From Chiloscyllium plagiosum (Eukaryota): DNA of 64,000 nucleotides. Of this stretch, positions 37,926-52,792 are shown one piece after another. The stretch lies in assembly GCF_004010195.1 (NCBI RefSeq), contig NC_057756.1, forward strand, positions 7,251,983 to 7,315,982. The letters are read 5' to 3'. Each line of letters opens with the position of its first letter. The first letter of the stretch is position 1. The notes beneath the pieces were generated by a model. That model worked only from the letters and a program-made list of their open reading frames with translations, did not search any database and was not told the origin of the DNA. The position numbers and the translations under genes were made by a program.

Positions 37926-39197
37926 CACAAGCAAGCTAATCAAATGTATGTGGGCTCTATGCACTTGAGCGATTGCTGATGGTGCATTACTGGAACCTCA
38001 GAGACCATTGGGAACTATGTACATCTGATTAAGAAAAGTGGGTTAGACTTCCAGTGAACTCAGTGAGGAGAACGGTATTAAACTAGTCCATGAAATGACG
38101 GTCAAATACTGCGTACAGAATCTGCAAACATCCACCATATATAGTTACCAACAAAAACAACATACCCAGCGAATTCTCAATGAGAATCTACAAACTACAA
38201 TTAAAGTTCTGTTTAAAGAAATTAAGCTGCACACTTCTGTTTTTGTTTCAGTCTTTAACGTTATTCACTTTGGACTCCAACCCTTAGGTTTGCATAAGAC
38301 ATCGGCATGGTTGAGATGTTATATCGGGAGTCTTTACAGATTAAGAGTACAATCCACTTGCAGGCTGTTATGAGAACAAACTGAATCAGTTATTAGTGAT
38401 TGTGGTAAAAGCCTCGGGCCAAAACCTGATGGGATAGAATTGTTTGAGAAAAAAATCACTTTAATTGGCTCAATCTTTTCCGATTAGAAGAGGGCTGCCT
38501 GAGTGATGTCCGAATTAAGTACCTGGAAAGTTATCAGGAAAGTCGAGGAAATATCAATAGAGCGAAGGTCACTTGCATGTTAACCAGGAAGCAATTTCAT
38601 GATCCAGCAATGCCATTTTCCTTAACTGCAAAAGTGCAGGCAGAAATCAGAAGGTGCTATAGTTTTATGGAACTGAGCTTGTTCATGTAGGGGCTGATGC
38701 GACTCTGGAATGAGCTGCCAAACAAGGCGATGGAGGCTGGTAGGATTATATTATTGAAAAGGCATTTGGACGGGTATACGATTTTGACAGGTTTAGATCG
38801 GTATCGGCCAAGTGCTGGCAAATGGGACGAGGACAAATTGGGTTGTCTGGTTGGCGGGGACGAGTTTGGCCAAATAGACTAATTCTATACTGTACAACTC
38901 TATGACTTGATGATTTCTGCAAACTTTGCTCACAGCAGTTGTCCTATTATTGTGTCGTTAAGACTATGAACCTTCTCTTCGGTATTTTCATATGAAGTCC
39001 CAGAACTGAATATTGCGAATGCAACAGGGAATCAATATCTCTGTTGTAAATATATTCCCAAATCAGAAGTAACAATAATGCAACTTTAACATTCCCTTTG
39101 GAAACCAAAAGAATATAAAATAGTTTCTGAACACATTAATACTAGGTTCAATTCAAAGGTTTTGGATTCATCACCCAGGAAAAACGTCATAGGCAAA

Positions 39198-39264
39198 ATT
39201 CTGCAATTGTTTCCTATTGTTGATAAAGCATATTACATCACTATTGCTGTTATTGGCATCCCTG
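39198..39264 (+). pseudogene. GPR139-like copy 3, exon 1 (start codon lost)
   Basis: aaaATT replaces aaaATG (ILQLFPIVDKAYYITIAVIGIP). The upstream ATG homolog is AGG (39144). The donor G|gtaagc is intact at 39265. Confidence 0.8.
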
Positions 39265-41630
39265 GTAAGCTTTTTAAAAATTCATTCATCAGTTGTGGGC
39301 AACGCTGAATAGGCCAGTTTTTACGGCCATGAGGGGAAGTTTAAGAGTTAGTCAGGTTGCTGTTGATCAGGGGTTTTCTGTCAAAAGGACTTTAGTGAAC
39401 CAGATATATTTTCCAACAATCGATGATGGTTTCACAGTCTATATTAGACTCTTAACTGCAGATTTTTGTTTTCCTTGAATTCAAATTGCACCATCTGCCA
39501 GTGATTACCAGTGTCTCAGAATGAATAGTCCAGTGACAATGCCACTTGGCCATTTCCTGCCTTTGGCCGAAATGTTAAAGTTGCATAAATCCATGCAGTA
39601 GAATACCAAGCCAACGAGCTTTTTTTTCTCGAAGCATTTTCCATTGTTGAATTGGGTTCATTGAATGTCAGTCGGCACTGCCATAATTGGACATGCATTA
39701 TCAGGATTGTTGTAGGTTTTGACATGACCTGATGTGGGTGGTTACATGGACTTGATGAAATGTAAGGAAGCCATTTTGTTTTTAACAAATCTTACTCCCT
39801 GTTTATTTTGTTGAACAATTAAGGTTTTTCTTTCAAAGAGTGATTTAAAGGAAGATGTGCAGATATGTACTAACATCAGAGAGTTACATGAATGGAAACC
39901 AATGAAAACCGTTCACTTACATATCACCAGTGCTAAGTACGTTTTTCCATGCTTCAATATAACTAACGATTCGAAATGTAGTTTCCAGAAATTGAACTAA
40001 TGTGAGATACTAAACCAAGGAAAGGCAAATCAGGGCAGGACTTATACACTTAATGACATAGTCCTTTGAAATATTGTCAACCTTGGGGTGCAGGTTCATA
40101 TTTCCTTGAGAACAGATTCAATAGTAGTTAGGGTAGTGACGACTGTATTGGTACACGCGTCCTAATGGATCAGTGCATTGGGAGGTCATCTTGCAACTGT
40201 ACAGAACTTTAGTTAAACCACTTTTAGAATACGACTTGCAGTACTGGTCTCCTTTCTATAGAAATAACCTTTTTAAACTTGGGCAAGTCAAGAAAAGATT
40301 TACAAGAATAAAGCCGGGTTTGGAGGGTTTGAGGAAGTGAGTGAGTGTGAACAGGCTGGGGTTACTTTACCTGGTGTTTCAGAGTCTGAGCACATGGATA
40401 CGGTGAGTAGTCAAGGTCATTTCCCCAGGGTAAAGTAGACCAAAACTTGAGGACATCAATTTAAGGTACAAGGGGAAAGATTTAAAATGGATCCAAGGGG
40501 CAACAATTTCATGCCGAGGGTGGTGCTTCTAGGTAATGAGCTGCCAGAGGAAGTGGTGGAGGCTGGTACAATTGCAACATTTAAAAGTCACTTGGATGGG
40601 TATATATTTAGGAAGTTTAGAGGTTTATGGGTTGAATACTGGCATATGGTACTAGATTAATTTAGGATATCTGTTCAGCATGGATGAGTTGGATTAAAGG
40701 ATCTGTTTCCATAGTTTGTGTCTTTATGAACTGAACTGATTATTAGTTGCTTAGAGTGTGAAAAGATGGTTGGTAGTGTACACAGAGAGAGCAGAACATT
40801 TTCAAGAACACGTTCAAATATATATTTTCACCCCGATAGAATTCTCTATTTTCTCTCATTTTAAAGGCAGATTTTATTGAGCTGCAGTATCAATTTCCAG
40901 CTCCGTTTCGTTATTTTGATATTCATCAATAGTTTCAATTATCTTAGACTACGTTTTAGTTTCTGAATGGTCATCCTCTGTCCTTCATGAGTTCAATCGC
41001 CAAATTGTGGTTCACTTGTTGATCAGGTGTGGATATGATCGCTTATCATGACTGCCACTGTTTCCATATTCTTGTGGAACATTTTATAAGATCATGTCTG
41101 TCACATAAGGCAGGAAAATGTAATGTAATCGTGACAAATACATCATTCTGTCTGACGTATTTGCAATATAGTTATCATTCTATTGCAGTTTGCCTTGCAT
41201 CTATGTTAAAAATGTGTCCTCACAACATATAAGTCCACAGCTCCTTGGCTGGAAGAATAGATTCGTTCAGTTTTGGGAACACAGAATGGAAATGTACAGT
41301 TTGCTGCAATCCTCATGTAATTTCCTGCCTCCATTAACCGAATTATGTCAGTTTAGTCAATAGAACTCTCCATTCAATCTTATTTGCCTGCAACAGTGAT
41401 GTACTGAACTGACCATCTTGCACCTGCTCACCCATTTTGCAATATTTCATGTTTAACACCACATGCCCACTCCCTTTGTTCATTGATCATTGTTGAATAG
41501 GGGATGGAGTTGGGAGTAAAATTCGTTTTACATTTCATATTCTTCATAACCAGCCTATTGCCATCTCGACTCAAATGGAATATTGTTCAACCTACAAATT
41601 ATAAACTAATTTTATTTATCCCTCTTACAG

Positions 41631-42554
41631 TTAATGCATTGGCAATTGTAATTCTATCCCGAGGAAAATGTTGCCTCTCCAGATGCACCACTCATTACCT
41701 GGCAGCCATGGCAACAGCGGATCTGATGTTCATCATTGCTGACACCATGCTGTATCAACTGAGTCACTACTTTTACCAGGGACCATTCTTGCACCTCACA
41801 CCTGCATGCATTGTGATCCATTTTCTGCTTTATGTGAGTTCAGATTTTTCTGTCTGGTTCACTGTCACTTTCTCTGCTGATTGGTTTGTGACCATTTGTT
41901 GCCAGAAACTGAAAGTGAAATATTGTACTGTCAAAACTGCAGCTGTTATTCTTTCAGAAACCTGCGCTTTTTTCTGTCTTAAAAATGCTCACATTTTCAT
42001 TATACAGGAACCTATGATTGTGATTGACAATGTACACTGGTCTTGTCAAGTAAAGGCCAGCTATTTTACTGAACTCAGGTGGATAGTTTTTGAATGGCTT
42101 GATAAGATATTAACACCATTACTCCCATTCACGTTAGTTTTGCTCTTCAATGCTATGACAGTCAGATACGTTTTAGTGGCAAATCGGATCCGTAAAGAAT
42201 TGAGGAGCCAGAACATGGAAGACAACCACTGTGATCCTGAGATGAAGAGCAGAAGGAAGTCAATGATTTTTACTGTTCGCCATATCTCGCAGCTTCATAC
42301 TGCTGTGGCCACCCTATATAATGAATTTCTTATATAATCGAATTGCAGCAATTGATCCCAGATGTTACAACGGCAGTTTGCACTTATTTGAAAGAATTAG
42401 ATCCATGTTGCTGAATCTGAGTTGCAGCACAAATACGTTTATTTATGGGGTAACTCAGTCAAAGTTCAGGGAACAGTTCGTTAGCACTGTAAAGTATCCA
42501 CTGACGTCAATTAACAGAGTCATCACTTTTAAAATGAATGATGGCAATGTGTAA
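41631..42554 (+). pseudogene. GPR139-like copy 3, exon 2 (frameshifted pseudogene)
   Basis: Acceptor ctcttacag|TT AAT is intact. One extra T in the run at 42267-42271 shifts the frame at the start of TM6, splitting it into ORFs 41504-42337 and 42321-42554. DRF>DWF at 41882-41884. Confidence 0.88.
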
Positions 42555-43050
42555 GACATTACCACATAAAACTGTTATCTTTATTGAGTAGTAAATGCCC
42601 ATCAACTGATTCTTCTCAGAAATGTCTGTTTGTAACAAAATAGAAACGGCAATGGAGGCTTACCTTCGTTGGATGTTATTTTATTTTGGATTGCCACAAT
42701 GTTGATACAAGATGTTGAACATTCACCTAAAATAAGTGTAATTAATACTTTGTTCAAGAATGCTACATCATTGTAGAATCCACATACATAAAGGAAAATT
42801 CCCAAGAAATCGACAGGAAAAACTGAATTAGGGAGATTGCACTCCATCAGATTGGTAGCACTGTATTTAAAAACTCGTTAGTGTTGGTTCTGCATTTCAA
42901 ACGAGTTCACTCACATTTTGTCTATCACATTTCAGTTTTGATTTGCAATAACCTTTCCTTCAATTCTTTTAACCCAGAAGTGAACTGTTTTGTTTCCAAA
43001 TTATGTTATCATTGGACAGTTCAAAATTGAAACAGAAATAATCTGGATCA

Positions 43051-44908
43051 TGTTATGAATTTGAAGGTATGCACTGTACTTTTTAAGAGAGAGTGAGCCT
43101 GTTTTACACTGACAGCCTACAAACACCTTGTGTATGACGAACTAGCAGTCGCAGAGTGTGCAGGAAAATTGAAAATATTTGCCTGTGAAATAGACACCTG
43201 AGTTGGTTGCTGTTTGGTCAACAATTCGAATGTAGCCAATCAGGGTAAAATATGCCCCAGGATACAAACGCACAATCGAGTTTGTATATATTATTTTTGC
43301 AAACATCGAACCAATGAGACAATCTCATGCGGGAGGTATTAAAAAAGCAGGTATTATGAAAATCAGACAGAGCAACAGCAATTCACCAAGGTTAGATCTC
43401 ACGGAATATAGACAGAACTAGCCATTTGAGTACAGAACTGCCTCAAAGATAGAAGACAGAGGGTGGTGGTGGAGGGTTGTTTTTCATACTCGAGGCCTGG
43501 GACCAGTGGAGTCCCTGGGATCAGTGCTGGGTCCTCTGCTTTTTGCCATTTAGGTAAATGATTTGGATGCGAGCATAAAAGGTACAGTTAGTAAGATTGC
43601 AAATGACACCAAAATTGGAGGTTTTGAAGGTGATTACAACAGGATCAGATGGGCCAATGGGCTGAGAAGTGGCAGATGGAGTTTAATTCAGATAAATGCG
43701 AGGTGCTGCATTTTGGGAAAGCAAATCTTAGCAGGACTTATACACTTTATGGTAAGGTCCTAGAGAGTGTTGCTGAACAAAGAGACCTTGGAGTGCAGGC
43801 TCATAACTCCTTGAAAGTGGTTTCACATGTAGATAGGATAGTGAAGAAGGCGTTTGGTATGCTTTCCTTTATTGGTCAGAGTACAGGAGATGGGAGGTCA
43901 TGTTGCGGCTGTACAGGATATTGTTTAGGCCACTATTGGAATATTGCATGCAATTCTGTTCTCCTTCCTATCAGGAGGACGTTGTGAACCTTGAAAGGGT
44001 TCAGAAAAGATTTACAAGGATGTTCTCAGGGTTGGAGGATTTGAGCTATGGGGAGAGTCTGGAGCTGTTTCCGTGGAGCGTCAGAGGCTGAAAGGTGACC
44101 TTTTATAGAGGTTTACTAAATTATGAGGGGCATGGATCGGGTAAATAGGTTAAGTCTTTTCCCTAGGGTGGGGGAGTCCAGAACTAGAGAGCATAGGTTT
44201 AGGGTGAGAGGGGAAAGATATAAAAGAGACATACGGGGCAACTTTTGCACATAGAGGGTTGTATAGGCATGGAATGAGCTGCCAGCAGAAGTGGTGGAGG
44301 CTGGAACAATTGCAATATTTAATACTTGGATAGGTATATGAATAGGAAGGGTTTGGAGGGATATGGGTCGGGTGCTGGCAGGTGGGATTAGATTGGGTTG
44401 GGATACCTGGTTCGCATGGATGGGTTGGACTGAAGTTTCTGTTTCCATGTTGTACATCTCTATGACTCTATAATTCTACAAGAAAGACTGCCTTTCAAAA
44501 ACACTGCCTATCAAATATACCTGCTTGATATGAAACCTTTTTGCAATAAAACAAAGATGACCCATGGAGATATTCAACCAGAAGAAGGCAGATACCACGA
44601 TGACAGCCGCTGTGTGGTTTGAAAGTAAGTGAATATAATTTGAAGAAGTGTACTTTTAAAATTGGAATAGTGTATTGTTATAGAGTTGGAGCAGAAGATA
44701 ATCACTTAAGAGAATGTGGTTTAGAGTTATGAATAGCTGTTGTTTAATGTTGAATTTTAAAGTTAAAGAATAAATTGATATCATTTTCTTATAAAAAGTG
44801 AGATTTTGGAGTTCTCTGTCACTCATATTTTAAGAGATTACAAGGCGAGGTGAGCTTTTCTGGGTGTTCGGTTTAATTACCAGAAGGGTTCCCTGCCTTG
44901 TCATAACA
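43051..44908 (+). mobile_element. Solo Gypsy-type LTR interrupted by a CR1 LINE
   Basis: Termini tgttatga..tcataaca form a perfect 8-bp inverted repeat. The 3' part matches 6540-6785. The flanks rejoin the sequence seen uninterrupted at 31975-32005. Confidence 0.75.
43390..44470 (+). mobile_element. CR1/HER1-like LINE 3' portion nested in the solo LTR
   Basis: KIANDTKIG, WAEKWQMEFNSDKCEVLHFG, RPLLEYC and LERVQKRFTRM motifs, with tail ctctatgactcta. Confidence 0.9.
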
Positions 44909-45342
44909 ACTGCCAGTTCATCTTAATTTCATTTCTCATTTAACATGGTAATCTTTCAGCGAAGTGTAAGTGTGCAATTCTGCATGTTTGGTTTTAGCAA
45001 TGAAGAAGGCTATGATTAAAGGAAAAGAAAATAATGAGATATTATTTGTGCTCTTTGCATACAACTTGAATGTTTTGAAAGCGAGTGGAAAAATATACTC
45101 CAGTGTTTCAGAATGCTATTACTTTACTGTCCTCAAATGCTGGAGAAAAAAGTTTAATTCTGTGTCACATCTATAGCTGTGACTTAGCTGTTTCTTTCAC
45201 TTCCTAGTTTTGGTAGTTTGTTAGCTTTTCGCTTGATTATTCACACAAAAGAGCTCGAATATTCTTAGTGTCAAATGACTTACCTGACTTTCTTGCGCTC
45301 TCTCTGTCTGTCCCATTCTCTCACTCTCCTCTGTCTATGATG

Positions 45343-45700
45343 AATAGAATAGAATAGAATCCCCACAGTGTGCAAACAGGTGATTTCACCCAACATGTCC
45401 ACGCAGACTGTCCAACAGCATCCCACCCACACATTTCCTCCTCCCTTTCCTGGTCATCCTGCACTTCCTTTGCCTAATACACCTCTCCTATACTTCCCTG
45501 AACACTATGAGCAATTTGCTACGGTCAATCAAACTAACTTGCATAACATTGGATGGTGGAACAACACCAGTCCATCTGGCAGAAACTCACACAGACATGA
45601 GAAGAACATGCAAACTCCAAACGGGCTGCCACCCAAGGGTGGAACTCAACCCTGATCCCTGGTGCTATTAGGCAATAGTACTAACTACTGAGCCATGTGT
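45343..45700 (-). mobile_element. tRNA-derived SINE (diverged) with (atagaa)n tail
   Basis: Reverse head ctaactactgagcca and core aacatgcaaactcca. Confidence 0.65.
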
Positions 45701-48700
45701 CATCCTGCGTTGCTGTGTTTCTTCCTCTGGATTTTTGGATTCTTGCTTCAAGTTCCACCTGTGCCAAGAGTAGAGGACAATGCACTTGAACAGGTTGATT
45801 TAACTTGTAACTTATGCATCTGCAAATTGGGAAATCCCTTGTTTGTGGAGATCCTATGACTGATATGGTAGTGTCTTTACCTTTGGGGCGGAAGTCTGGG
45901 GCACAAGTCCTGTCTGCTCCAGAGTGACGTAACGATATGTTGATGAGGAATATTGGGAAATAACATCTCATCCATTAAATTGCCCCTTTCTTAATTCTCA
46001 ATGCGGTTGCCTCAAAAAATCTCAGATTAAATCAGTTTATCTGACAGTTCCACGTATGCAATCACTTGATCCTATCACTCTTACTGGGTAGCCTCTGATA
46101 CATGAGTTTATACATACTGGACAATAAACATGCGCCCCTGCACTTTCACTGCAGTCATAATAAAATTGATAATGGCCAAAACTGTTCCAACAAACATGGC
46201 AATTATCCAGGGAAAGCTTCCTGGGATTATTCAGAAAAGAAAGAACTCTGAGATTACGACTTGGTCGTGACATAACGTTTATCTGAATGAAAATCAACCT
46301 TCCTATAAACTAACATGAAAGGGCATGGTTAAAGTTACTCTGTTTTACAAGGGAAGATGCTTGAGAAATCCTAAGATTGGAGATAATGCTTAGGAAAATT
46401 GCATTGAAATCCCAGTTAGGCTATTGGTGGAATTCAAATGTTAATATCATATTTGCGTTTGAAATATATTTCGGTTATGCTAAGCATGACAACCGGCATA
46501 GATTGATGGAGAAAGGTCAGGGAAATGAAACCTACAGTCGTAAGTTCATCTTTCTAATATGTGATTTCAGTCCCACAGTGACCTGTTTATTTGGTCTGAC
46601 CTCTGAAATACACCAGTAGGGGTCGTTCCCTTGAGTTCAAGTGGTTACATTCAATGAGGGGTGGACAGAATAAGTGCTGATGGATAAACTGAGAGTGGAT
46701 TGGCTAGGAATTTAGTCACTGGACTTTAGAAGATTGTGATGTTGGACGTGGGTAGGAGAGTGTGATCTCATAGAAACCAATAAAAATTCTAACAGTGTTA
46801 CAGAGCAAATGCAGGAAGATTGTTCCTGATGACCAGGCGGTCCAGAACTAGGGGGAGGGTAGTGCTGCTCATCATTTAAGAGTATGGGTAGGTTATTTCG
46901 GACTGAAATGAGGAGACATGACTTCAATTCGAGAGTGGTAAGCCTGTGGAGCTTCTGTCAGAAAAGTGCTTGAGGCCTAAACATTCAATATTTTCAAGCA
47001 GGAGTTAGATATAATTCTCAGGTGTAAAGGGAAGAACTGGTATTTTTAGAAAGTCTAAGGGAGCTGAGTAACTTCTCCCTCTCACCAAGGACAGGCAATC
47101 TTTGAAACACTCTTCCCCAGTGAACAGTTCACTTGGGCCATTGAATAAATTAAAAGGTTTGTTAAGTTTCTTTTCAACAAGAGAGACATGGTCTATGGGG
47201 TGGACAGGCAGAAAAGTGGAGTTCAGTCCAGAACCTGAGCGAACACGTTATGATTAAATCATACAGGAGAGTTGATAAACAAAATGGCCGACACCAGCTC
47301 GAATTCATTAACTCAACTGAACGTCAGCTGGAACCATGGCCTGTAATTTTGAGACGACATTCTGACATCAAAGAGAACCATTAACATAATGACTACAATC
47401 ATTTTAATGTTCACAGGAGCGTTCTTCCACTTCACAATAATTCATTCCGATCACAACTAATAAGAGTAACAATTATTGCATTCAAACTTCAGAGAAGACG
47501 TTGAACCAGGCAATATACATGCCTTAAAATTGCACCTACAGAAAACAGATGAGACCAAAGCTTTGAATATTTTCATGAAGGAGATAAGTGCACTTCTTCT
47601 GGTTAAATGGATCAGAGAACATGTGGAGAAAGCAGGAACAAGGGACTCAGATAATCACCAGTGATCATATTGAATGGCGCAGCAAGCTGGAAGGGCTGAA
47701 TAGGCCAAGCCTGCTCCTTATTGTTAATGTTCTATGCTCAGCATTTACTGTGATAGGGCTGTACACGGGTGCACCAGAACGTTCGAATAATATCTCTCAG
47801 TCGGTTGACTGGAATATATCAACACTGAACATAATAATAGTTTCAAATATATATATAGATAATTTTAGCTTGACATGCATAGTGGAAAAGAGACTATGAA
47901 TTTCTAAAATGGTTGACTTTTGTGACAGAATAAGCTGCTTCCAAATACTGCATATCAGAACATTCAGCGATATACCTGTTGAATGGAGTTGGTACCTGCT
48001 GACACCAGCACCCTACACCTTCTCGGCCGTGTATGAGATGAGCTTTTTGAATCCAATGAGATAAGTCAGTCTCATGGAGCTCTGAAACAGGCCAGTATTC
48101 AATGTTCTGGGATGGACCATAATATCTGAAGTGTTTCCTGTGATTTTCCCCCCCCCTCATGTTGACTGGAGGAATTAGCTCCGATTCTGCAGTTAGAACG
48201 AGGCCATTCTTGGAATTGATGCAGCTCGGACCAGACATTATTATGGTTGTTACTACAGAAACTGAACAAAATGGTTCAAATAATTATCCTTTTAATCATA
48301 AAGTTATAATGTTTATGTTGAAGAGCTTTTCTTCATTGATTAACTATAAGAAATAATGAAATAAATGTGTAGGATCCCCAGTGTGCAGAAAAAAGCCATC
48401 TGGACAATCAAATCTGCACAAAACCTCTGAACAACATCCCATCCAGTTCCATCTCCCCACCTTCTGCCATACCTTGCACTTCCCGAGGCTAACCCAGCTG
48501 GCGTACATTACAGGGGTAGTTAGTGTGCCAGTACAAGTAAACTGCACATCTCCAGCAAAGAAACTGGATCACCAAAAGGAAACCCACTCAGATACGTGGA
48601 GAAGTGCAAACCCAGCACAGTAACCCAAGGTTGGAATCAAACCCATGTCCCTGGCAGTGACAGGCTGCAATGCTAAACACTGAACACACTGTGCCACCCT

Positions 48701-51700
48701 ATTCATTGATAACAATGTACTTATTGAGGTTACTAATGTGAACTACCCCGGATCATTTCAAATCCATGTTGATCAGTCGAGTTTGAGACCAACTTCAGTA
48801 GCTACTGGAGCATTTGATTTCGTTCCCAGCTTTCTCGACACAGATCACTATCTTTACATGATTTTCTGATGCCAGCAGACGTTACAGACTATAGAAGGAA
48901 GAGCCATTCAAGCCTCAGATTCTCTATTGGTAATCAGATAGGTCATGCCTGTTTAGCATTTCAATGTTGTTTCCACCATGACATCATTGGTATCCTAATT
49001 TTAAAAAATGATTTGGATTCGGTCAATCTCAATTTGCTTTGTTTCCTTTTCCAGTTGAGCTTAAACTCCACTGAAATGAAAAATCGAAGCTGACAGCTGC
49101 TAGGATGGTTGAGTCAAACGGATACTTACACAACGTGTACAGCCATCATGCACAAAGTGTCTGGAAACGGTTGAGAACCACACGGAATGCAAGCCTGACA
49201 CTAAATATATGGCGTATATATAATGCTGTACCTGCATTGACAATGTAGCAAGGAGAGCTATATGGCATTTTGTTTTATTTTTAAGGCGGAATATTTTGTT
49301 ATGCATTTATTTTTGAGTAAAGTGCACCTTTAGAAAATTGTATCAGTCCCAGCAGAAGCGGTATTTGCAATGATTGACACAGTTGCCTGAGTAATGAAGT
49401 AAACTGTCTGCAGCAGTTATATTTCAGAGCATTTCGGAAGCAATTAATGCTGAATTGCACCAAGACTTGAAAATCTAAGCTTGAGCTGACAGATGGCAGG
49501 GGATAATTGCCCCACACATATGCCAGGAAATGACCCTCTGCCATAAGAGACCATCTAACCATTGCCTTTTAACAATCAACGGCATTACCATAATTGATTT
49601 GCCTACTGTCAACATTCTGGGGGTTACCATTGACCCCCAGAAGTTCAGTTATATTTGCCATATAAATACAGAGTCTGCATGGGCAGTCAAGATGTTTCGA
49701 ATACTGCAGCCAATAACTCACCTCCTGACTTGCTAAAGTGGTCCACCATCAAAAAGAAACAAGTCAGGAGTATGGTGGAATACTCTCCACTTTCCTGAAT
49801 AAGTGCATGTCCAAGAACAATCAAGAGGCTTGACACCATCGATGAAAAACGATCTTGCTTAATTGGCATCACATTTACAAATATCCACTCCATTCACCAC
49901 TGATGTTCATTAGCACAAGTGTGTACCTACTACAACATGCAGTGCAGAAATCCACCAACATTCCATAACATGTTCAAAAACCACGAGCATTTCAATCGGC
50001 AAAGACTGCAGACTGGGTGCATAGGCGTACCACTTCCTGCAAATCTCCCTACAACATCTTAATTCCTTGACTTGACATCATATCACCATTCATGTTGAGT
50101 CAAAGATCTAGTAATCCCTCCCAAATGGGATTCAGAGTGTATGTACAGCGCATGGACTTCAGTGGTTCAAGGTGACAGCTCACCACCACCTCCTCAAGAG
50201 TAACTAGGCACGGACAGAATAATGATAGCCAGCTAACAATGCCCAAATCCCACGAATGATGTAAAAATAAAATTAGGATGTCGCTGTTGAATTCAGCTTG
50301 CACTAACTGACACTAACATCTTTTTCATTCTTTTCAGATCGATTTGGGTGAGTCAGTGTTAGATAGCTCAGAAGGAGGCTATTATTCTCTGTCCAGGAAT
50401 AGCGTGTAACATCTGACGTGCTCCCCATGTGGTTTTTTTCCCATTAATGTTCCATGTGATGTTTGCTGGGGGATTGGCTCTGACGATGCAGGTACAAGCC
50501 TCAGTCTTTAAAATTATGCAGTTCAGACCAAATACTATTATGGGTTCATCTAAAGAAAAGGAGCAGATTCACATTGTCATGTTTGCAATCATCCACATAT
50601 AATGTTTAGATTGTGGGGTGCATTCTATTTAACTAAGTGGAAAAGTTAATCAAATTATCACTGACAATTTAAATATTTATGTGTAACAACAACGATGATC
50701 ACCACTAATAGGGTGCTGTTGTCAAGCCCAAATTAAGAAATGTACAATATCAGGTCTACTGCAACTTGTTCTCTCATTGGTTATAGAACATGATCCTATA
50801 AATATTTATGAATGTCTCATTCTGACTATCTTTTCGCATCTGACATTTGCAGCCTATATATGAAATTCCCTAAGAAAATCATTGTAGATTTCGGACAAAC
50901 TCTCAGATGTCCTGATTTGTGTCCAGTCAACATGTTCTTATAGTTCAGGGTGTTGTAGGTGAATACCGCCAGTAATCTTTGTGCCTTTTATCATTTCTCA
51001 TATGTTCCAATATCTGTTCCTACGCCTACACTTGCTGAACCTAGGCTATTCCTCTCCATTGCTCTAACGCCATCATTAGAAAACAAGGCGACTAACTTAC
51101 CCCACTCTTTTCCTTGTTCCTGTCATTCATAATTGTCCTGAACCCTTCGAGATTCATGTCTCAGTTCCTGTTATCATCGAACTATGTCTGTTAAGGCTGC
51201 CATGTCATACTGATTCATTTATCCTCACGCTCTCAGATCATCTGCTTTGTTTCAGCCACTATCTTCAATCAGGTATAGACACTTCAACTTTACCCCTTTG
51301 CTGATTTATAAATTTGAATCTTATGTGTTGGTTGACTCTTAAATTTATTTTCTTCCTTTCACAGTCTGTTTGTCATCTCCCGCATTAACATCTTTGCTTT
51401 TGACCCTAACTCAATCTTTGATTTAATATATTGCCCAGGTTTGATATCGTCTCTCCATTCTGTTTTGAATCATCTGCACTTTCCTACCTGACCAGCAGCA
51501 AGAAAACCAGTTCCATCAAGTTGAGATACCGTTTGTCTCATTGGTACATAGGCAACTTTCAGTATTTCTGGTGACAGTGCCAACTCCTCATCTGCACGGT
51601 GTGTTAATTAGAGATGAAAATACACATAGTGTGAAGACAATGATCTCCTGTGGTCAATAGTTAATTACACCTCGGTATATTTCCACCAACCAGAATGTCT

Positions 51701-52792
51701 CACTCCATAATGCAGATCCCATTTCTTAGCTTTGCAGGCACCCTGCAACCGTTGAATTAAGCTTTCTAATAGCTGTTTTGAAAGTTGCAACGCCGTTTCC
51801 GCATTGAAATGGGTCTAGAAGCAGTCTCTGGGTTTGAATTTAAAATGTTATCAATCAAACGGATCTCCACTGACCAGGAGGTGAATGGACTAGCTATATA
51901 AATACGATAGCTACCAGCACCGGTCAGAGACTAGGAGTTGTGCAGCAAACCAGTGGGAATCTAAGGAAGTGATTCCTTGGACCCCTGCTGAGGTATTTGT
52001 ATTGTCAAAGTCCCAAGTGAAGAGCCAGAAGACTGGAGGCTGGCTCATGTTGTGCCATTATTTCAGAAAGGTGGGAAGGAAACGCGAGGGAAATGTAGAC
52101 AGGTGATTCTGACGTCAGTGGTAGGCAAGTTATTGTAGGGACTCGGAAGGACAGGATTTATCGCTATTTGGAAAGACAAAGACTGAATAGGGAGAGTCAA
52201 CATAGCTTTGTGCGTGGGAAATTTTGTCTCACTAACTTGATCGAGTTTTCTGAAGGAGTAACAAACAGATTTGTGAAAACAGAGCGGGACACATTGTCTA
52301 AGTGGACGTCAGTAAAGAGCTTCACAAAGTTCTGCATGGCAGACTGGTTAACAAGGCTAGAATCCAGGAGAGGCTGGCCAATTGGATTCGAAATTGGCGT
52401 GAAGGTAGGAATCAGAGGGTGGTAGTGGGTGGTTGTTTTTCACAATGGAGGCTTGTAGCCAACGGTTTGGCACAAGAATGAATGCTGGCACACTACTTCC
52501 CAATCCATGACTTCCTGTATTGTGAGGGACAGGAGTGGCACATACATGGAGCAACCACCATTGCAAGTTCTCTCAATCTATGCACCATTCAGAATTGGAA
52601 GCAGGTCACTGCTGAAGCAAAGGCACTTGGTCACATTATTGGTAACTGTTCCCTAACCTAGTTGCAAGTGGGTGTACTAAGCTCCAGGGGCAGCCACGGT
52701 TCAGAAAAGGAGTTGCTCCCTCTTTGAGCAGTGAAATCATGAATATTCAATAAATTTTCGTCCAGTAAGCAATGACCACATCACAGGCATAT

